64,000 nt of DNA, taken from contig CDPCPM010000076.1 in assembly GCA_976551045.1 (NCBI GenBank), positions 372,001 through 436,000 on the forward strand, written 5' to 3'. The DNA is from Glaucostegus cemiculus. Its lineage: Eukaryota. Positions 61,201 through 64,000 of this stretch are shown piece after piece. The notes beneath the pieces are model-generated. The model was given only the letters and a program-made list of their open reading frames with translations. It did not search any database and was not told where the DNA came from. The number at the start of each line of letters is the position of its first letter. Position 1 is the first letter of the stretch. Position numbers and translations under genes: made by a program.

Positions 61201-61991
61201 TAGAAATGAGTGTATAAGAACCTTCAGCACCCACCCATTCAATGGAATCTCTTAATGCGGGACATTGGATCAATTGTTTAAAGTGTGTGGGATGTGAGTT
61301 GGTTATCAAGAATATTACATTTATATATGTATCAGTGACATATTTAATATATTTAGTTCCCTCAAGCAAAGACACAAAGTACAAGGGATCGCATCCCTTG
61401 CTTATGACCTGTTGTTCAGTTTTTCCTTGTTGCGGTGATTTTTATTGCTGGAATTTCTCACAATGATGGGAAAACTTGTATAATTCTGCCAGATCTTATA
61501 CTTTTAATAACAATCCACTTAGTGGCAGATTAAGCTAAATGGAAAGATCACATATTCTTTAAGCTTCCAGAAAAAAAAACCACACACATTTCATGTTGGT
61601 CAATTGCATTTCTCACCATTGGTTGGTTGGTTTGGAAAATATTACATTAAAAATCTAATAGTTTAACTTCAGTGACCCTGTCATGGATTATTCATTCATA
61701 AAACATCGAATGACAAAGTGCAAACGTGTCATTTCATATTTCACCTTATGTTATCCAAATGGTATTGTTAGCTTCATGACCTAGTACATTTTGGAGTGGT
61801 GTGTATAGATTTCCAGTGACTAGCAGTGTATTCATATTCTTTCAGTGCCAAAGAATGACTTCCACAAGTGCAGTGTGATCCACTTGCCGAGCACAGTCCC
61901 CCAGAATACTCAAGAGAGAACCCCGTCCTGCAGCAGAGAAAACCTAAAGGACAACGACTCAGCAGATGACAAGGAGAGTGTCGCGCATTGA
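58210..61991 (+). CDS. Uncharacterised 105-aa protein with N-terminal MGC motif (predicted myristoylation/palmitoylation), 2 exons
   Basis: Exon 1 58210-58381 (MGCTPSKAKRAYSQDRVCKDFDTCSTFVSGLKTSSTPERPTQREQSDTPEARAAFLS; donor G|GTAAGA, phase 1). Exon 2 61846-61991 (acceptor TTCATATTCTTTCAG|; VPKNDFHKCSVIHLPSTVPQNTQERTPSCSRENLKDNDSADDKESVAH*). Phase-compatible, total 318 nt. No homolog recognised. Confidence 0.62.
60430..60995 (+). mobile_element. Penelope-like element 3' fragment (end of GIY-YIG endonuclease ORF + pLTR)
   Basis: Translates to EEQRLIFRLGNLQPDGLNIDFSN (typical Penelope ORF C-terminus), followed by a C/T-rich tract, a degenerate hammerhead CCGATGAAGGGTCTCGACCTGAAACATCGAC, and GATGCTGCCTGACCTGCTGAGTTCCTCCAGCA. 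Confidence 0.8.
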
Positions 61992-64000
61992 AGACAAACA
62001 GAAATCAAGCTGGCAACTGATTATTGCCAAAGATTCCAAATTTAATTTGAGTTGCAGGTAGGAGAATGTGGGAAGTTGTGGTGAAAGCCAACGGCACTGT
62101 TTTAAAAAGTTATAGTTTCTCTAGTAACCTGGTGAGCAGTTTTGCAAATTGTTGAGTCACGCAGGGGAGACAATGACAACTAAATTACCAGTTTCTACAG
62201 AGTAGTGCAGTTGATATTATCTTCAGTATTGGGAATTGATCTAATATAAGTATGGCTATTGCTATGAGATGTCATCCACCCATTCCTATGGTTAGAAACA
62301 AAATACACCGCGCCTGACCTGCTGACTTCCTCCAGCATCGTAGTGTTTCTCATCTAGATTCCAGCGTCCTTTGTTTCTCTAACCGTGAGTGTTGTTTGCA
62401 GCGTTAACATTTTGGTCTAAAATCTAACCGTGACCCACTTCTGAAAGAAAACATTTTGTAGCATTACAATCAACTTTTCCCTCAGTAGCGCCATTTGTTA
62501 GAGTTACTCAGACTCTTTTGGGGTTTACATGGCAAGTTACTGCCTGACTACCATCAAAAACATGGTGCCTTATACTCAACATCGGGGACCTGTATGAGTG
62601 GTGAAAGCTTGTTAACTAATTAGACTTGTTAGTGAGCAGCAGTGAGTCTGAAATAAGATTGACCATTAAAATTGTGAACTCAATGTCGTATCTGGTATAG
62701 AACACAAAATGAAGAGTGGGATGTAGAGAGGACAAGAGAAAGGACAGAGACAGAAATAAATTAATTTTCTTTAGTCTCCAGTAATAATTAAACTTGGAAG
62801 AAAAATGATTCATACTCTTAAAAGTTCATTTTCAGAGCGAGATTTCACACTAATTTCACACTAACAGGATAAAAGGTACTTACACAGGAATGTCAAATTC
62901 TAACCTGTTTTGGTGAGGTTAATTCATATCTATGATATCAATTCAAAAATGCCATCCTGTTCCATGTATTTCAATGCTGAGATAATATTATAACACAGCT
63001 TCTGGAAGAGCAGGGCATCTTGTTCAAGAACATCCTGATTTCTGTATATAACTGATTGAGAAGAGAAGTTTCTTCCTCACATAAAGAGCAGGTAGCCTCT
63101 GAATGGACCAAAAAGCCTAGGCCTGGGATCATTCACAAATAAACAAGATGACGCAATGGGAAAATTTTGAGGATCTTTCTAGGGGGATAAATTCAGGCAG
63201 GTAAATACCTTTCCACCCCTAATCACTTTAGACCAACTCTGGTCATCTTCACAAGGTCAATAAATACAGCACAATTCATAGATAGATTGGTGGGTCATTT
63301 TGTCCTTGTGGTATAGTGTTGAGTGGATTTACCCAAGCTTTTGCAAACTTAAAGGTTATCAACATTGTTGTAAAATCATTTTTTGGTTCTCTCCCTTTGG
63401 AAATTGAAAGGGTAAAAGCTCTCAAGGAAAAGCTTTTTAATTCTACAACACCCTTCACAGCCGTAGGGGAACTCAGAGCTTTGCAGCAAGTGAAATCCAT
63501 TTGAAGTGTAGTCACGTCTGGAATGCCAAAAATGCAGCAATCAGTTTGTCTCCAGCAAAGAGCATGATGATAATTGCTAAATCATCTGTTTCTTACTGAT
63601 GTTGTTTGAGGGATAAATATTGCCCAGGGAAAACTCCTCTGCCCTTCTTTGAAATGGTACCTATGGGGTTGTTTGTATCCACTTGAGAGAGCAGCTTAAG
63701 GTCTCAATCAAAGGACAGTGTCTTCAACAGTGCCATATTCCCTCAGGACTATGCTGAAGTGTCAGGTCAGATTTTTGTGCTGGATGGAGTGGGATTCTGA
63801 AGTCAAGCATTCCGATTCAGAGGCAAGAGCTACAGTGCACACTGTTAATCATACAGGTGAATAATGCGACTGCTGTATAGAATATAACATTGATTCATTT
63901 TGACATTTACATAACTGAGAAGAAGATCTGCAAGAATCATGGAAATCATGGAATTAAGATACCTCTCTTTGAAAATCCCTGCTTTAAAATTGACAGCAGA

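Overview
Eukaryotic (vertebrate) genomic DNA, most likely a cartilaginous fish such as a ray or shark, inferred from HE1/V-SINE, CR1, Rex1 and Penelope repeat content. The window carries a block syntenic with human Xq24: intronless SOWAHD (+, 12778-13696), UPF3B (-, 10 coding exons, 43754-28260) and NDUFA1 (+, 3 exons, 44253-46622). UPF3B and NDUFA1 share a ~500 bp bidirectional CpG-island promoter with repeated NRF1-type motifs. Downstream are two genes reconstructed by hand from splice signals: a 5-exon, 199-aa signal peptide + Reeler domain + C-terminal hydrophobic tail protein (-), and a 2-exon, 105-aa MGC-initiated (probably lipid-anchored) protein that I do not recognise (+). SOWAHD and UPF3B each show a +1 frameshift next to homopolymer runs, possibly assembly indels. 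The rest is a dense transposon landscape: nested CR1 LINEs (one young copy with a long open ORF2), V-SINEs with two different tails, a solo LTR with a 4-bp TSD, a Tigger-like MITE, Penelope remnants (one with an intact minimal hammerhead ribozyme core) and several structured minisatellites. Most ORFs in the supplied track are repeat-derived or spurious. Repeat boundaries are approximate unless a TSD is quoted.
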